In this document: piece after piece, positions 26,201 through 39,600 of the stretch
How the letters are laid out: each line of letters begins with the position of its first letter
How positions within the stretch are numbered: the stretch's first letter is position 1
Source: Podospora anserina
Taxonomy: Eukaryota
Assembly (NCBI GenBank): GCA_017654855.1
Contig: CM030338.1
Span: 3,658,001-3,722,000 of the forward strand
Direction of reading: 5' to 3'
DNA: 64,000 nucleotides
Notes under the pieces: model-generated
The model's database searches: none
Seen by the model: the letters and a program-made list of their open reading frames with translations, nothing else
What the model was told of the DNA's origin: nothing
Made by a program: the position numbers and the translations under genes

Positions 26201-29023
26201 TGAGATAGACAGCCCATGCTATGGTTGAAGTGAAGCCGCTCTGAGAGGCTTTGGGCGTTCCAAGTCACTCGTGGGCTTGTGATCCACTGTCACTGTGTGG
26301 GGAAGAATGGAGTTGCTGCCAAGGCAAACCACCGACGCTTAGACCATCTATCTGTGAAGGTGGCTGGGAACTGATTGAGCTGAAGGGTGAGAGTTGGGTA
26401 CACCTGGTGACTTGCCATGAGCATGGGCTGTTGGAGAAAGCAGAGCCGTTGTAATATCAATTGATATGCCCTAGGCGTTTACCTCATTCATCTGTGTTGG
26501 AGGCACACACATTGCAGGACTTCTTGAGGTTGGGGAAAATTGGGGGAGGGTACCCCTCCACGCCAAGCTCCTTTGGTAGGTGGGCGGGAGCTTTACCTTA
26601 CCTACCCCTCCATCAAGGGGACGTTGGTCCTTTGGCGGGGTAGATTCTGCTTGAGCTGTGTCCTATCACTATCTGGCCAGTGCTCGCATTATTGGTCGCT
26701 GATGGCTGGCTCAGACCTACGTACTATTGTACTCGCCGTACTCTTCATCTTTGGAGCAAGGCACCATGGTTCCAGAGCTCTTTAGGTGCGCTAACGAGGG
26801 CCGCTGAGTTCGCGATGCCGAGGTCTGTCCGGTTCTCAACTCTCAAGCTCTCCTGGCCAAGACCAACCAACGATATTCTTCCGTAGGAGCCCTAGTGAAT
26901 GCACCCAACTGGTGCTTGATTGGCTGTTTCATTTCGTCGGGAGCGTGCTAGACCTCCAGACTTCAGCCTGCGTGCCTGCGTGCCTGCTTCGGTTATCTAT
27001 TAGTATGTGCTTGGGTCAGGCAGCACCCCACGGTTTGTCAACCTCTGACCATGATCGGGCTGGTAAGCTTCCGAAAACAGCCACCGCTCCGTGGTCTGGC
27101 GTGTGTTTGTTTCGTGGGTTGGGCAGTGTCGCATCGCCGGTAGGGTCGATCGACCTAAGCCGCGGATATCCCAGCCAAACTTGGCTGGACATGCATGGAG
27201 GCAAAGAGCCACGGACGGCATTGGATGGCAGGGACTGCTTAATGCCTGGCCTGGTCTGTCCGAACACGATTCATGTCATCAGTTTTACTTTTTAGCATTG
27301 TACGGACTGGTTTTGTCCGCCCAGGAGGACTGGAGCAGAAAACAAATATGAGCCTGGCCAGGAGCTTGGTGCGTGGACTGCCATTTTATTAATAGAAACG
27401 CTCGTCCACAACATGTGGCGAACGGCAGCTCCCAGCTCCTAGACCGCTACTTGTTTTCTGCTTTCTGCTTTCTGCCTCCTGCTTCGACATGCTTACACTA
27501 CAAGATTCCAGGCTGAATTACCTGCTTGGTATCCGTACTGCGTAGATGCGAATGAGCGAGGGAAGCATGCGGCTGTATCCGTACGAGTTGTAAAGTAACC
27601 TTGAGCGGTGAGCACTTTACCTTCCCACCTATGAAACCACGGAATGCCCCCTTGTTACTGTCTACTGTTCCCGTGTAAAACAACTGTACTGTGCTGGCTT
27701 CACACGCCGAGAGATGTCTGTTGAACGCAACCAACAAGGCTTGAAGGTCTCTCGAAGCTCCAGAGCTGGGAGCTGGGCACTGGGCTTATTTGAAACTCTG
27801 CCGTGACACCGTGCAGACAGACAGAAAGGTGGGCGGCCCACAGGAGCTGCATTGCGCTAAGCTGTGGTGAGAAACGCGTGTGATCAATCACCCTGGACCG
27901 CAACGTCCATGGCAGGCTCATGAATTTATGTTTGGCAGGGGGTTCTGGATAGAAATGGGCGAGGTGCAGATGAGCTCGAAATTGAAACCAACTCTGCTAA
28001 GGAAGGCATCGGACAATCTGTCTTATCTATCACTCACGATACTCGTGAGAGGTTGCTCTCCAAATGGAAGCTCTGAGTCACTGTGCGAGAACGTCTGCGC
28101 AGGGATTGACTTGGCTCGGCAAGGTCCCTGTCATTTTGCAGGGTCCAGCGGGTAGAAGAAGTAGAGACAACCACCAAGAGACTCGGGGTGGTTATTCATC
28201 CTGCGCTCGATTCAAAGTATCGGATAAGTATCCCTCTACCAGCCCCGGAGTTCCAAGATTTCCTTGTTAGATCAGTTGCGCCTTTGGCCAAGGAACACCA
28301 CCCATCGCTTGACCAGGCCCTAACGGGGCATGCTGGTCCATCGATTCCTTAGCTCTCTCACTACAGGGGTGAGCTTTTCCATTCCGCACTGTGTCGCTGT
28401 GTCGCCGTGTCGCTGTGCCGCTGGTGTCTGTCACTGCCTGACAGTTGGATGGGACCCAGTTGACGGTTGTCCAGTCCCCCAATCATTCGCCGCATGGCAC
28501 CGGGACGATCTGGGATTCTGGACAGACAGACCTGAGAGGGAGACCTGAGACTGTCATCCATGGCAGAAGCTGTCTATCTGTCTTGCTCAAGCCAGCCTTT
28601 CCTCGTCTTCACCTTATGCAACCGCCGCCTTCACCTACCTCGATTGCTTGGGCTGATGCCAATTGTAAACGTCGGGTTCGTCGAGAGCGTGATTTCAGCA
28701 GACCAGCGGGTATACGAAGCTATTTGGACCCTCCAAGAATCCAATTGCGTCCCGTCGGGATAGCATGCGATAGCCTGCTTCACTGCCCTGTTCCCGTCCC
28801 TCCCCACCGCTCCGCTGCTGCCCGCCGCCGCCCGCCGCTGTCGCTGCCTCCTCCGTGTCTGTCCCCCCCACCCCTCCAATCTTCAGCGTGCTTCTACTCT
28901 GTTCTTGCCTCTTGTTTCCCCCGACCACACCCACGCAATCTCGACGCTTCCGACTTGTCTCTGCCTTTTACGCTGCCGCCAGAGTCGCCTGGAGCCTGTA
29001 ACCCATTCTCGGTCCCACGGACG

Positions 29024-32000
29024 ATGACTGTGTCGAGTGACGCCGGCAGTAAGCTTGAGGGTGTCGCCGCCATGTCCAATTCCGCTGCCTCTGCGTCGAC
29101 CACTGCCGCTGGCGGCACTGCGCCCGTCGGTGATGAAGTTGGTATGTTTTTCCCCAATGGTGTCGTTCCAACCATCCGGTCTCGATTGAGTCCTGCCAAA
29201 CTGACAAGTGCTCCCTTTGGTGGCGAGAAAAAAGCCTCAACAATCACGGTCAACACCAAGGTTCCCGCAGCCAGTTTCCCGACGCCCAAGACCGACAAGC
29301 CGCGCCCTCATGTTTGCGGCACCTGCCAGCGCTCGTTCGCTCGGCTGGAGCATCTCAAGCGCCACGAGCGCTCGCATACCAAAGAAAAGCCGTTTGAGTG
29401 TCCCGAGTGCACGCGTTGCTTTGCTCGCCGCGATCTGCTGTTGCGACACCAGCAGAAGCTCCATCAGACCACAACTCCTTCCTCCCGTCCACGTAATCGT
29501 CGCGAGAGCGCCAGCGGGGCCGCCCCCGGTGCCAGCCGTGTCCGCAAAAACAGCATCGCAGGTCCGAGTGCTGCTGCCGCTGCCGCTGCTGCCGCCGCCA
29601 ACAGCAATGCCGCCTCCATGAGACCGCGCGCCAACACTATCAGCCACATCGACAATGCTGCGATGCAGAACATGCTGGCAACGAACCTGCAGGTCCAAAG
29701 GGGAATCCAGCCTACGCACAGCCGTCACGCTAGCCTCGTTGGTCTGCCCATGAGCAACACCTTTGACACCTATGGCATGGCTGCCGCTCTGGCGCAGCGA
29801 GGGGCTCCTCATGGGCTTCCCAAGCTGGAGACTCACGGCATCAGCATGGACTTCACCGGTGGCCTGCGGACAGCGCCTCCTCTCCCATTCAATCCCGAAT
29901 TCGAGTATGACAACCTGTTCTTTGGCCCTGCCACAAGCTCGACCATCAATCCAAATGCTCTGCACTACAGCGACTCGCCGCCGCCAATGTCCATGGACCC
30001 GTTATCCCCCTTCGCACACGGGCTTCCCGACATGACGGGTACCCAGCAGCTGGATGATGGGTTCGAGTGGTTGAACGGCTTTGAAAACCAAATGTCATTC
30101 AACAACGGCCCCAATGAGAATGCTGTGGACGGCTCATCACCCTCAGCCATTAGCACCACCAGCCAGAGCGGCATTAGCGATGTCATGGTGGACGGTTCCA
30201 ACCACCAGTCCGTCTCGACTGTGGTTTGGCAGCCCTCTATCATGGGCCCACCGCAGATGGGCAACCCCTTCTCTCTCGACATGGGCGGCTCGGTGTTCCC
30301 AGACCTTTTGAGTGGCGCGCCCCTCTCGCCGCAACCGCCACCAGCTGGTAAGGCCATTGGCGATGGCTACTTTTCGACACCTCCTCCCTCTCTCAGCTCG
30401 CTGAGTCCATCGATTCTCTCAGGCTTGAATGGTCCAAACCTGAGTCAAACTCTTAATATGGGTGCCGGTCCGGAGACGCCGTCCTCGATGAATGGTAGTA
30501 ATCATGGCACCTTACCCGTCTCGACAATCACTGATTCAACAAGAAATGCCATCCTAGGTGCCCTCTCGGCCTCCCAGGCGTCCGCCTTCGGCACGCGAAG
30601 ATACTCCTTTGCGACGTCGAACTCGCCATTGACCGCGCAACCGCCGACGAACACCAGCAACTCCGATCAGAACAGCAGCAGTAACCTCCCGAGCACGCGA
30701 GACCTTCAGCGATATGTCGGGGCCTATTTGCGCTACTTTCACCCCCACCTGCCGTTTGTCCACGTTCCGACGCTTTCGTTCGAGACCTCGCCGCAATCAG
30801 CTAACGGTCGAAACAGCGGCATTGGCGGGAGTGGGTGCTTGCTTCTTTCCATGGCGGCAATTGGTGCCTTGTTTGAGTTGGAGCATCAGGCGTCGATGGA
30901 GTTGTTTGGGTTGGCCAAGAAAATGATCCAGTTGTACCTCGACGAGCGGAGGAAAGCGAACGTAAGAAAGGCAGAGTCTATCCGACGAACTCCCCTGTCG
31001 GACCAGAATTCACATCAGCAGGACCCTTCCGTCGAGACTCCCGTGTGGTTGGTACAGGCAATGCTTCTGAATGTCGTGTATGGTCATAATTGCGGAGACA
31101 AGCGGTCCGGAGAGATAGCGACCACGCATGCCGCTGCGTTAGTAAGTCTTGCGCAAGGAGCCGAGCTCTTGCGGGCACCGCGACCCGAGCCTGCCAAAGA
31201 TGTTGACATGATGGATGTGGATGCCGCTTGGAACGGAACCGCGAGGAAGGAAGCTGACGAACAGGTCGAGTGGCTGCGCTGGAAGGCGGCCGAGGAAAGA
31301 AAACGTACTCTCTATGCTGTCTTTATCCTTTCTAGTCTTCTGGTGTCGGCATACAATCACACTCCGGCTCTGACCAATTCCGAGATCTACCTCGACCTGC
31401 CCTGCGACGAGGAGTTCTTTGCTGCCGAGTCTGCCAGTGTCTTCCAGTCAAAAGGCGGCGCCCCCGCGGCAAACCGTAATCGCATGACGTTTCATGAGGC
31501 ACTGGGTGAGCTGCTCCGCACAAACGAGAAGGAGCAGAAGAATCTGGCTCTCAAGAACGTTCACCAGCCGTTTGGCACAGCGGTTAATATCAACGACCTG
31601 CCCCAGAGCAACCTGAAACCTAGCAGCTTTGGCTGTCTGATCCTGATCAATGCTTTGCACAATTACATTTGGGAGACGCGCCAGCGACACCACAACAAGG
31701 TGTGGACCAACGAGGAGACGGAAAAAATGCATCGGCACATCGAGCCAGCCCTCCGGGCCTGGCACGCGGCCTGGGCAAGTAACCCTCACCACAGCCCAGA
31801 GCGTCCCAACCCTTTTGGCCTGGGCCCTCTCTCCGCCGACGCCATCACCATGCTTGATCTAGCCTATGTGCGCCTCTTTGTAAACCTGTCACGGTCCAAG
31901 GAGAAGTTCTGGCAGCGGGACTGGGACGGCATGGCCGAGGAGCTGGCAAGAGGGTCGGAAATCATACAGCATGCTGAGCATTCTCCGGCGTCCAACACCG

Positions 32001-32794
32001 ATTCGGCCGCCACGGAGCAGTCAGATGCATCTGGAGTAAGCCCACACTTTGTCGACTCCCCACTAACGCAAACTTCATCTCCTGACTTTGCCGCGTCCAA
32101 GTTCTCGCAGTCCGGGACGGTCAACCCAGCTGCCGTGACACAATCCCAGCAGCAGCAGCAGCAGCAGCCTTCGGGCACTCGATCCACAACGCGCAGGGAA
32201 AAGCATCTGCGGAAAGCAGCCTTCTTCGCCGCCGAGTCCCTCTCGGTTTCGGACAAGCTCGGCGTGACTTTTGCCAATCTGACCAGTCGCGAATTGCCGC
32301 TGCAATCGACTCTCTGTGTGTTTGACTGCGCCCAGGTCTTAGCAGAATGGGTGGCGACGTTGCAGGACCGGGTTGGGCGTTATCTTGGGATTCTGGGCCG
32401 AGACAGTGTTGATCTCACACAGGTACCTGCCATCATGCTTCTTGAAGAGGAGGATCTGAAACTGCTGGGCAAAATCGACAGCATCATTCGTGGCGCCGAG
32501 ACGAAGATGAATCAGGACATGGCTGGTGGCGATGCTGCGGTGACGGGCATGGATGGCAAGCCTCATCTCGGCGACAGTCCCGGCTACGCCGCGAATCTGC
32601 TCAGAGTCACTGCCTACATGTTCGACAAAGCCGCTGTATGGCCAGGTGTGTACAGAACCGTTCCTTTCGTTGCCAACCGTGAACCTCTGCTAACTAAACG
32701 GCCTGTAGTGACTCGCCTGATCACCGCCTGCCTGGAAACCCATGCTGGTCATATGCGAGTGCGCGCAGAGAAATCGGTCATGGTCCACGAATGA
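29024..32794 (+). CDS. C2H2 zinc-finger transcription factor, Adr1/AmdX/Sda1-like, with fungal TF middle domain; probable intron 32646-32708, possible intron 29142-29234
   Basis: Tandem fingers [63 protein letters not shown] and [13 protein letters not shown] are typical of the fungal TF domain. Poly-Ala and poly-Gln tracts present. Start uncertain (in-frame ATG also at 28616). Confidence 0.9.
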   Translation: MTVSSDAGSKLEGVAAMSNSAASASTTAAGGTAPVGDEVGMFFPNGVVPTIRSRLSPAKLTSAPFGGEKKASTITVNTKVPAASFPTPKTDKPRPHVCGTCQRSFARLEHLKRHERSHTKEKPFECPECTRCFARRDLLLRHQQKLHQTTTPSSRPRNRRESASGAAPGASRVRKNSIAGPSAAAAAAAAAANSNAASMRPRANTISHIDNAAMQNMLATNLQVQRGIQPTHSRHASLVGLPMSNTFDTYGMAAALAQRGAPHGLPKLETHGISMDFTGGLRTAPPLPFNPEFEYDNLFFGPATSSTINPNALHYSDSPPPMSMDPLSPFAHGLPDMTGTQQLDDGFEWLNGFENQMSFNNGPNENAVDGSSPSAISTTSQSGISDVMVDGSNHQSVSTVVWQPSIMGPPQMGNPFSLDMGGSVFPDLLSGAPLSPQPPPAGKAIGDGYFSTPPPSLSSLSPSILSGLNGPNLSQTLNMGAGPETPSSMNGSNHGTLPVSTITDSTRNAILGALSASQASAFGTRRYSFATSNSPLTAQPPTNTSNSDQNSSSNLPSTRDLQRYVGAYLRYFHPHLPFVHVPTLSFETSPQSANGRNSGIGGSGCLLLSMAAIGALFELEHQASMELFGLAKKMIQLYLDERRKANVRKAESIRRTPLSDQNSHQQDPSVETPVWLVQAMLLNVVYGHNCGDKRSGEIATTHAAALVSLAQGAELLRAPRPEPAKDVDMMDVDAAWNGTARKEADEQVEWLRWKAAEERKRTLYAVFILSSLLVSAYNHTPALTNSEIYLDLPCDEEFFAAESASVFQSKGGAPAANRNRMTFHEALGELLRTNEKEQKNLALKNVHQPFGTAVNINDLPQSNLKPSSFGCLILINALHNYIWETRQRHHNKVWTNEETEKMHRHIEPALRAWHAAWASNPHHSPERPNPFGLGPLSADAITMLDLAYVRLFVNLSRSKEKFWQRDWDGMAEELARGSEIIQHAEHSPASNTDSAATEQSDASGVSPHFVDSPLTQTSSPDFAASKFSQSGTVNPAAVTQSQQQQQQQPSGTRSTTRREKHLRKAAFFAAESLSVSDKLGVTFANLTSRELPLQSTLCVFDCAQVLAEWVATLQDRVGRYLGILGRDSVDLTQVPAIMLLEEEDLKLLGKIDSIIRGAETKMNQDMAGGDAAVTGMDGKPHLGDSPGYAANLLRVTAYMFDKAAVWPGVYRTVPFVANREPLLTKRPVVTRLITACLETHAGHMRVRAEKSVMVHE

Positions 32795-34862
32795 ACTTTT
32801 GGTTGCAGCCTTGCCGACTGGCATGAGATTGACTGCAGGGCTCGGGTGCTGTAGCCCCACGTTTGCGTTATGTTACGACCACCATTTCTGTACGACATTG
32901 ATACCCTTTTATGTTCTGTCGGCTTTCTTATCTTCATTCATGTTGTCTGTACACTTACACTTTGCCGCTCCATCATGGCATCCTCGACTTCAACAGTCTT
33001 ACTAGGCGGATGGATCCAGAAGGGAGATGAGGGGGATGGCATGATCTTTTGCGGTATACGGTGCCTGATGGCCGAGGTGTGCTGGTTGGCAGGCTTCACT
33101 TTTGCGGAACTAGCTCTCTCCTAACACTCTCACACGAGCACAGTCCCAAAAGCCATGCGCGGCTCGGCCTTTTTGCTAGGACAACGCGGGTTTTCTTTCT
33201 TTCAAGGCATGGTATGGGGAGGAAAGGGGGGGGGCCGGGGCGTATCTCGTTTACTTTATTTCCCCAACACATATGATGCTGTATGGAGATCCAAGGGGCA
33301 AAGATTCACAATCATATTGTCTGGACCCGACGACGCGTTATGAATATGAAACACATTACTTACGAACTTGACGGGATGGGGGCGCTTGGGAAAAGGTTTA
33401 GGGAAAGGTTTTGGAGGGAGAAATCGGTTCAACTCTGGGAGCTTGTATTATTTAAACAAGGACACTCGCTGGTTTGACTGTGGCTGGCCAAGAAGGAAGC
33501 CGAGCAGGCCCAGGAAGTAATGGTCCTAGTGGTTTTCCCTCGAAATAAGGGATTTGTGTCGGGTAGAGTAAAATAGTAAAAGCAGAGAGGGGAGAGACAA
33601 AATCAGAGAGCAATAAATGTGTGCCTGAATATTATCTTGGCGAATCTGAGACCCTTCTTGCATAACGGGAAACGGCTGGTAGGGGTTCACTTTTAATGTG
33701 AACAGTTCAGACGGTTAGTACCCATCACTCGCAGACAGGTGAAGCCGATTGGTGGTCGGTTGGAGAAGAGACTCGAGTCGGGAGAAGGGATGATGTGTAC
33801 AACAACGGCCTTGCTGTACAGTTGTAGACAAGTTCTCAAAAAGCGTGGCTCCTTGTTGGCGTTGGGTTTGCCGTCTGCTGGGATTCCGCCTCGGCGCCCC
33901 CCTTTCTTAATTTTTTTTGTTGGCAAGTGTGGGGTGGACATGTGAGCTGGTGTTGGGGAAATCGGGAAACCCCTCTTCGTCGAGCCAGTCGGAGTGAAGC
34001 GATTGCAGCAGCCCAACCTGGTTGAAACTGCCAATTGGGATTTCGATGTTCATGGTGCAGATCCACATGGAGGCCAGATGGTTTGAAGATCCAGGGTCTC
34101 CGGGGGAAGTTGGATCTGGCATTCTGGATGCCAGAGAACATGGCATTTTGCTTTGTCTCCAAAAGGGACTGTCTGCTGTGAAACACTAACGTCTGCCACC
34201 CGCGTTCTTTTGTGTTGCATGTTGCATGTGTGCCGCCGGGGTGCCTCGTCACTTGCCAGCAACCCGTGTGTCAGTCAGTCAATGCCCAGTGACCGCCTTT
34301 TTGCTCTTGAACTCTATTTTTTTTATACTGGGCCCTTATCGAGATGGGTCCAATCAGCGGCGTCAACTGCAACGGCAAAATGGGTTTGGTTTGCAATCTT
34401 AATCGCGTCCTGGCACCGTAGCACACGCATATCGCCCGCACCAGCTCCAGCCAAGGGGACCCGTTCTTTTGAGGCTAGATTCGTTTTCTGTTGGCCTGGG
34501 CCTGAGCTGGGGACCAGACAAAAGAGGACACACGTGGGGCTCGCCGGCCAGAGGGGCAGGGGAGACATGGATGGCACCCGTTGACAGACACGCAGCCAGA
34601 TGCAGGGTCCCTGTCAGTTTCGAACGAGAGTAAAAAAAAAAAAAAATTGGGAGAAAAACGGACAGTCGCTGGCTGGTGGTCCCCTGTTGCGGGTTTCGCT
34701 CGAGCGGGCGGTGGAAGAAGTTTAATTCCTCCTCCTCTCCCTCTTTTTCTCGCCCGCTTTCCCCCCTTTCCTCCCCTTCTCTTTCCTTCCTCATCTCCCC
34801 CATCGCCTCTCCGTCTCCGTGGATTTGGCTCCCTCCCCCCAGATCCATACAATCAGCCCAAG

Positions 34863-36128
34863 ATGGCGACCGCTATCACCACCACCGAGACCAGGAGTCG
34901 CAAGGCCAACGGCGGTGCCAATGGCGTGCTCAAGACCAAGGTGGTCGAGTATCCCGACATTCAGACCATCCGCGATGCCATCCCCGCCCACTGCTTCGAG
35001 CCAACCATCCTCCACTCGATGGCTTATGTCTTCCGCGACCTCATCATGGCCGGCGCCCTTGGCTGGGCTGCCTTCACCTACATCCCCCAGATCAACGACA
35101 GCATCGTCCGCGGTCTTGCCTGGGCCCTCTATGGCTACCTCCAGGGCCTCGTCCTGACGGGCGTCTGGATCTTGGCTCACGAGGCCGGCCACGGCGCCTT
35201 CTCCAAGCACCAAAACTTCAACGACGTCGTTGGCTGGGTCCTCCACTCGGCTCTCATGGTGCCCTACTTCTCCTGGAAGTTCTCTCACCACCGCCATCAC
35301 CGCTTCACCGGCCACATGGAGAAGGACATGGCCTTCGTCCCCGCCACCAAGGAGGACCGCCAGAAACGCCGCCTTGCCGACCTCTACCTCGACCGCGAGC
35401 TCTTTGAGGACGTCCCCCTTGTCCAGCTCGTCAAGCTCATTTTCCACCAGCTCGCCGGCTGGCAGATGTACCTCTTGTTCAACGCCACCGCCGGTCCCGC
35501 CAGCAAGCAGCGCGAGGGCGGCTGGCTCCGCGTCAGCCACTTTGAGCCCACCAGCGCCGTCTTCCGCCCCAGCGAGGCCGTCTACATCTTCATCACCGAC
35601 GTCGGTCTCGCCATTGTCGGCTACTGCCTCTACCTCGCCTCGACCATGGTCGGCTGGAAGATGGTGTTCCTGATGTACGGCCAGGCCTACTTCTGGGTCC
35701 ACCACTGGTTGGTCGCCATCACCTACCTCCACCACACCCACCCCGACGTTCCCCACTTCGACGCCGAGAACTGGACCTTCGTCAAGGGCGCCCTCGCCAC
35801 CGTCGACCGCGACTTTGGCTTCGTCGGCCGTCACCTCTTCCACGGCATCATCGACACCCACGTCGTTCACCATCTATTCCCGTAAGTTTGCTCCTTTGTC
35901 AACCCTGCTGTCTCTTCGGCACTCCTGGCTAACAATCTCTTGTCCAGCCGTATCCCCTTCTACAAGGCCGAGGAGGCCACCGAGGCCATCAAGCCCGTGG
36001 TCGGCGACCTTTACCACCAGGAGAAGGGCTCGTTCCTCGGCTCGCTCTGGAAGACCTTCACCACCTGCAAGTACGTCGAGGCCGATCCCACCGCGCCGGG
36101 CACTCTCAAGTGGGCCGAGAGCAAGTAA
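34863..36128 (+). CDS. Membrane fatty acid desaturase, FAD2/FAD3 family, probably omega-3 (delta15) or bifunctional delta12/15; 2 exons (intron 35882-35947)
   Basis: His boxes HEAGH, HHRHH, HVVHH; ITYLHHTHP; ATVDRDFG; spliced HLFP|RIPFYKAEEATEAIKP. Confidence 0.93.
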
Positions 36129-36602
36129 AGAGCATCTCTTTTCGCTCTTGATATCATTATTTCTGCTCTTCCTTGGAAAGGGGCCAAGTCCCCAGGGAAT
36201 GAGAATGATTAGGGATTCATGATGGGAGGCTGGTTTGTATATACCCCAACGGCAACACAGCGACGGAAGGAGTTCATCCCATTGACGACGACGAAAACGA
36301 GAAATATACAAAACAAACAAAATTAGAGCGGGTAGAGAAATAGACGATAGAGACTCGGAAAAAAAAAACAGCTACAAGGGGCTAGAAGCAGTTAGACAGT
36401 CGAGCGAGCATTGCATGCTGAGCGAGCGGGATAATATAATTGTTATTGGAACCACAACACTCATTTGTCAGGGTAAGTTGACTTGTCCATGTTGAGAAAT
36501 TACCCCGCAGATAAGCATGTTACACAGCCAGCATTGATCGGACTTTGGTTTAATTAAGGGAATATATACAATTTCATTTTCACAATACATCTAAACCTCC
36601 TT

Positions 36603-39600
36603 CTATCCTTTTCTTCGTCTCAACCCTTCACTTGCAGTCTCATTCCCCGAGTTGGCACCCAAGGTTGACTCGCTCCCCTCGTACCGAAAACTGAAGTCGA
36701 CCACACCAACCAACCCACTCACCGCCTTGACCAGCCCCTCCAGGTCGTCACATACCAGTGTGGTGCATACCTGCAGCACGGCAAACTCTGCGTATCCCGG
36801 CTGTTCCATGTTTCTCGGATCCAGTAGATTCACCTCAACCGGCCTTCTCTTCCTTGGACGGGCGCCATCGTGGTGCTCAGGGATGTGATCAAGTTTGTGG
36901 CTCGAACGAGTGGTGCGCTTCCGCAGCAACCTGTCCTCGTCGCGGTCATCTCTCCCTGTTCGGGAGTCGACTAGTCTAACGGGGGCGCCGTCCGACTCAT
37001 TGTCTTCATCATCTTCTTCGCCCGGTCCTTCCTCGGAGCCATTGTCCTCGTCGTCGTTGGCATGTTTGGGGTAAGACTTGGATGACGACAGCGTCATCAG
37101 CCGTCTCGTCATCTCGTACGGCCTTGGCAAGGGCAAGAAAGGGGGTAGCCTCTGGCCTGACAATAGAGAGTTCGACAGTAGCGTCAATGTGGACAGAATT
37201 GAGTGATGTGTTGGTCTCAGAGTGCGCAGAACCTTGGCGAGAGCGTTGAGCCATTCGCGGCTGCGGATATGGGTTTCATCGCCATCCTCCCCGTTGTATT
37301 CTTTCGAGGTGGCGTGATAAACACGCGTAGGGTGCATGAGCGTGTAGCTTATAAGGGTGAGGTAAGCCATAATTCTTGTGCTTCCCGCAATGATGTCGTC
37401 GTAGGCTTCGCGGGGGAACTTCCCCCCTATCGTAGGCTCCCATCGCTGCCACTCGGAATGCTGCATCATGGAGGGGACCAGCATCATGACCTTGCCAAAG
37501 ATTTTACGGCTAAACTTGTGAAGCTGATGTGCTGGCGTCCCGGGAATATCAACATCTCCAGCCGTGTCGTCCAGATTGGACCGAAGCGTGCTGCTGATAA
37601 CACCGAAGTAGTTGGCTACCAGGTAGAGAGTTGCTGACAGATCTCTTCGGAGCCAGGTGCGATCTGTCAATGGGGATGGAAATATCGTCCAGAAAAAGGC
37701 AACGAGACTGCCACCTGCCACGCAAGCTAGACGATACGGAGCGAGCAAGTATGTTGGATACCAGGGCTGCCCTGTTCGTTCGGCAATCTCCTTTCCAAGT
37801 CGGATAGTCTGAAGCTCATACCCGATAATGAGTACTTGGGTGACGATGGTGATCATGATGGCCGGAATGAAACGAGGGTATTTGAGGAAGAAGTAGTAGC
37901 TGATGAAGACGAAGAACCACATGATCACAATGGCGCCGGCGGGCCGTTCATCGACGATATACCATATGATCAGGGACAACACCATAGCTATGACTGTGCC
38001 TCCAACTCGGCAAAGGAAGCCAAAAAAGGACTGGCCCGATGCTGTTGATGTTAGTCAGTTCAAACTCGACATGGCTGGCCGAAGGGATAGCTTACTCATT
38101 GTCATGCCAAGGGCGATTATGATCATGGCCCAAACCAGTCTTTGTTCCATAAAAAAGCGCTGGGTTTCTTCGAGAAAAGCCACAATCCCAACCGTCATGG
38201 TAGCACAAGCTACTCGAAACCCAAACATGGACTCTTCGGATCCCAAAAAAGCAGAAATCTTGCGTAGCCCATTGCCAAAGTGCTGCCAAGCTGTTTCTGG
38301 TGGCAGGTGCTCCGGATCCTTCTTTCGGTTGTAGCCATCTCCAAAGTATACGATGGTGTTTCTGGTCTCTGTGAGATCTGGCGACTCTTCCCCTGAAGAG
38401 TCTTCGTTGTTGAATACCGAGAGGAGTAATTTCTTTAGCCGTTTATTCGATGGTATGATGACCCTATTTCTAGACATAGTCCCATCGGCCACCTTCTTGT
38501 CAGCAAACGCGACAAGTGCTTGAACGGCCTCGCCTGAAGCGTGCATCAAATTCTCCATATAAAGAACAATGTAGAGCTGGGACTGATCTCGCTCTCGCTG
38601 CTCCGTCAAGTGTTCTTCTCCATACCCGTCTTCATTGTCCTCAAGGCGAAAGCCGCGCTCTCTGACCCAAGTTCTTAGCAGTTCTCCTTTTTTGGAGTAG
38701 AAAGCGGCAACCTTTTCATCCATGACTTTGGCAAGTCTGGGGTCGCCGGGTCGAACCTGTTCGCCTTGGGCCTCAACATCTCGTGTCCGTTTTGGCCGTG
38801 GTAACAATCCTAAGCAGAGCCCAGCATGTTCCAGACCTTGATCGATAGCTCCAGACAAAATCTCGAACGGCTCATGCATTTGTTTCATGACCTCGTTCCA
38901 AACCCTCTTTTCTTTTTCTTTGGCGGCAATCTCGTCATCAGACAGCTCGTCTTCATTGCGAAGACGGTTCCACCCACGGTGTTCCGACACTCTCTTAAAG
39001 ATGTCGATGATGGTCATCATCCCAAGCCTGTCCGTTCCGGTCAGCTTCCGAGAGGCGTGAGAGAAATTAAAGCGTAGAGGTACTTACACCGGAATGTACA
39101 CATTCCGAAACAACGAAAACAACTGCCCAATATCATCCCCATTCAGTTTTCCCCAGGCAAAATCTCTCTTGGAAAACGGTATATCAGCATGCAGCTTCCC
39201 CGCCAGCTGCCTCATCTTATCACCAGTCTCTTTCAGCTGTTTTGCAGCCCTCTCTTCCTTGGTCAATCTCCTCCCATTCTCTTTTCTTGAACCCGTTGCA
39301 TGGCTTGCGACAGCAAACATGTCCTCTTTCTCCAGTGATACCAGATACTCTCTCTGTAATTTTACTGTCCTCCTCAACAATCCAATCGCGCCCTCAAACT
39401 CTTTGAACACCACCAACCGACTACTCATGGGAAAAACAAAGAGATTGACGGCAAAAGCCAATGCTAGTGCCACGAGCATGGCCGTCAACAACTCCCTGAC
39501 AAACTTCTGTGCCCCGGTAGTTGTTGTCATGAAAGGTCCGTAGGTGGCCGCGACATTGACAAAGATGCTGAAGATGATGACGGGCAAGTTGAAGGCCGGC

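Noticed and set aside
34791..35873. 360-aa antisense ORF over the desaturase
   Set aside because: Explained by the C/G-ending codon bias of the sense gene.
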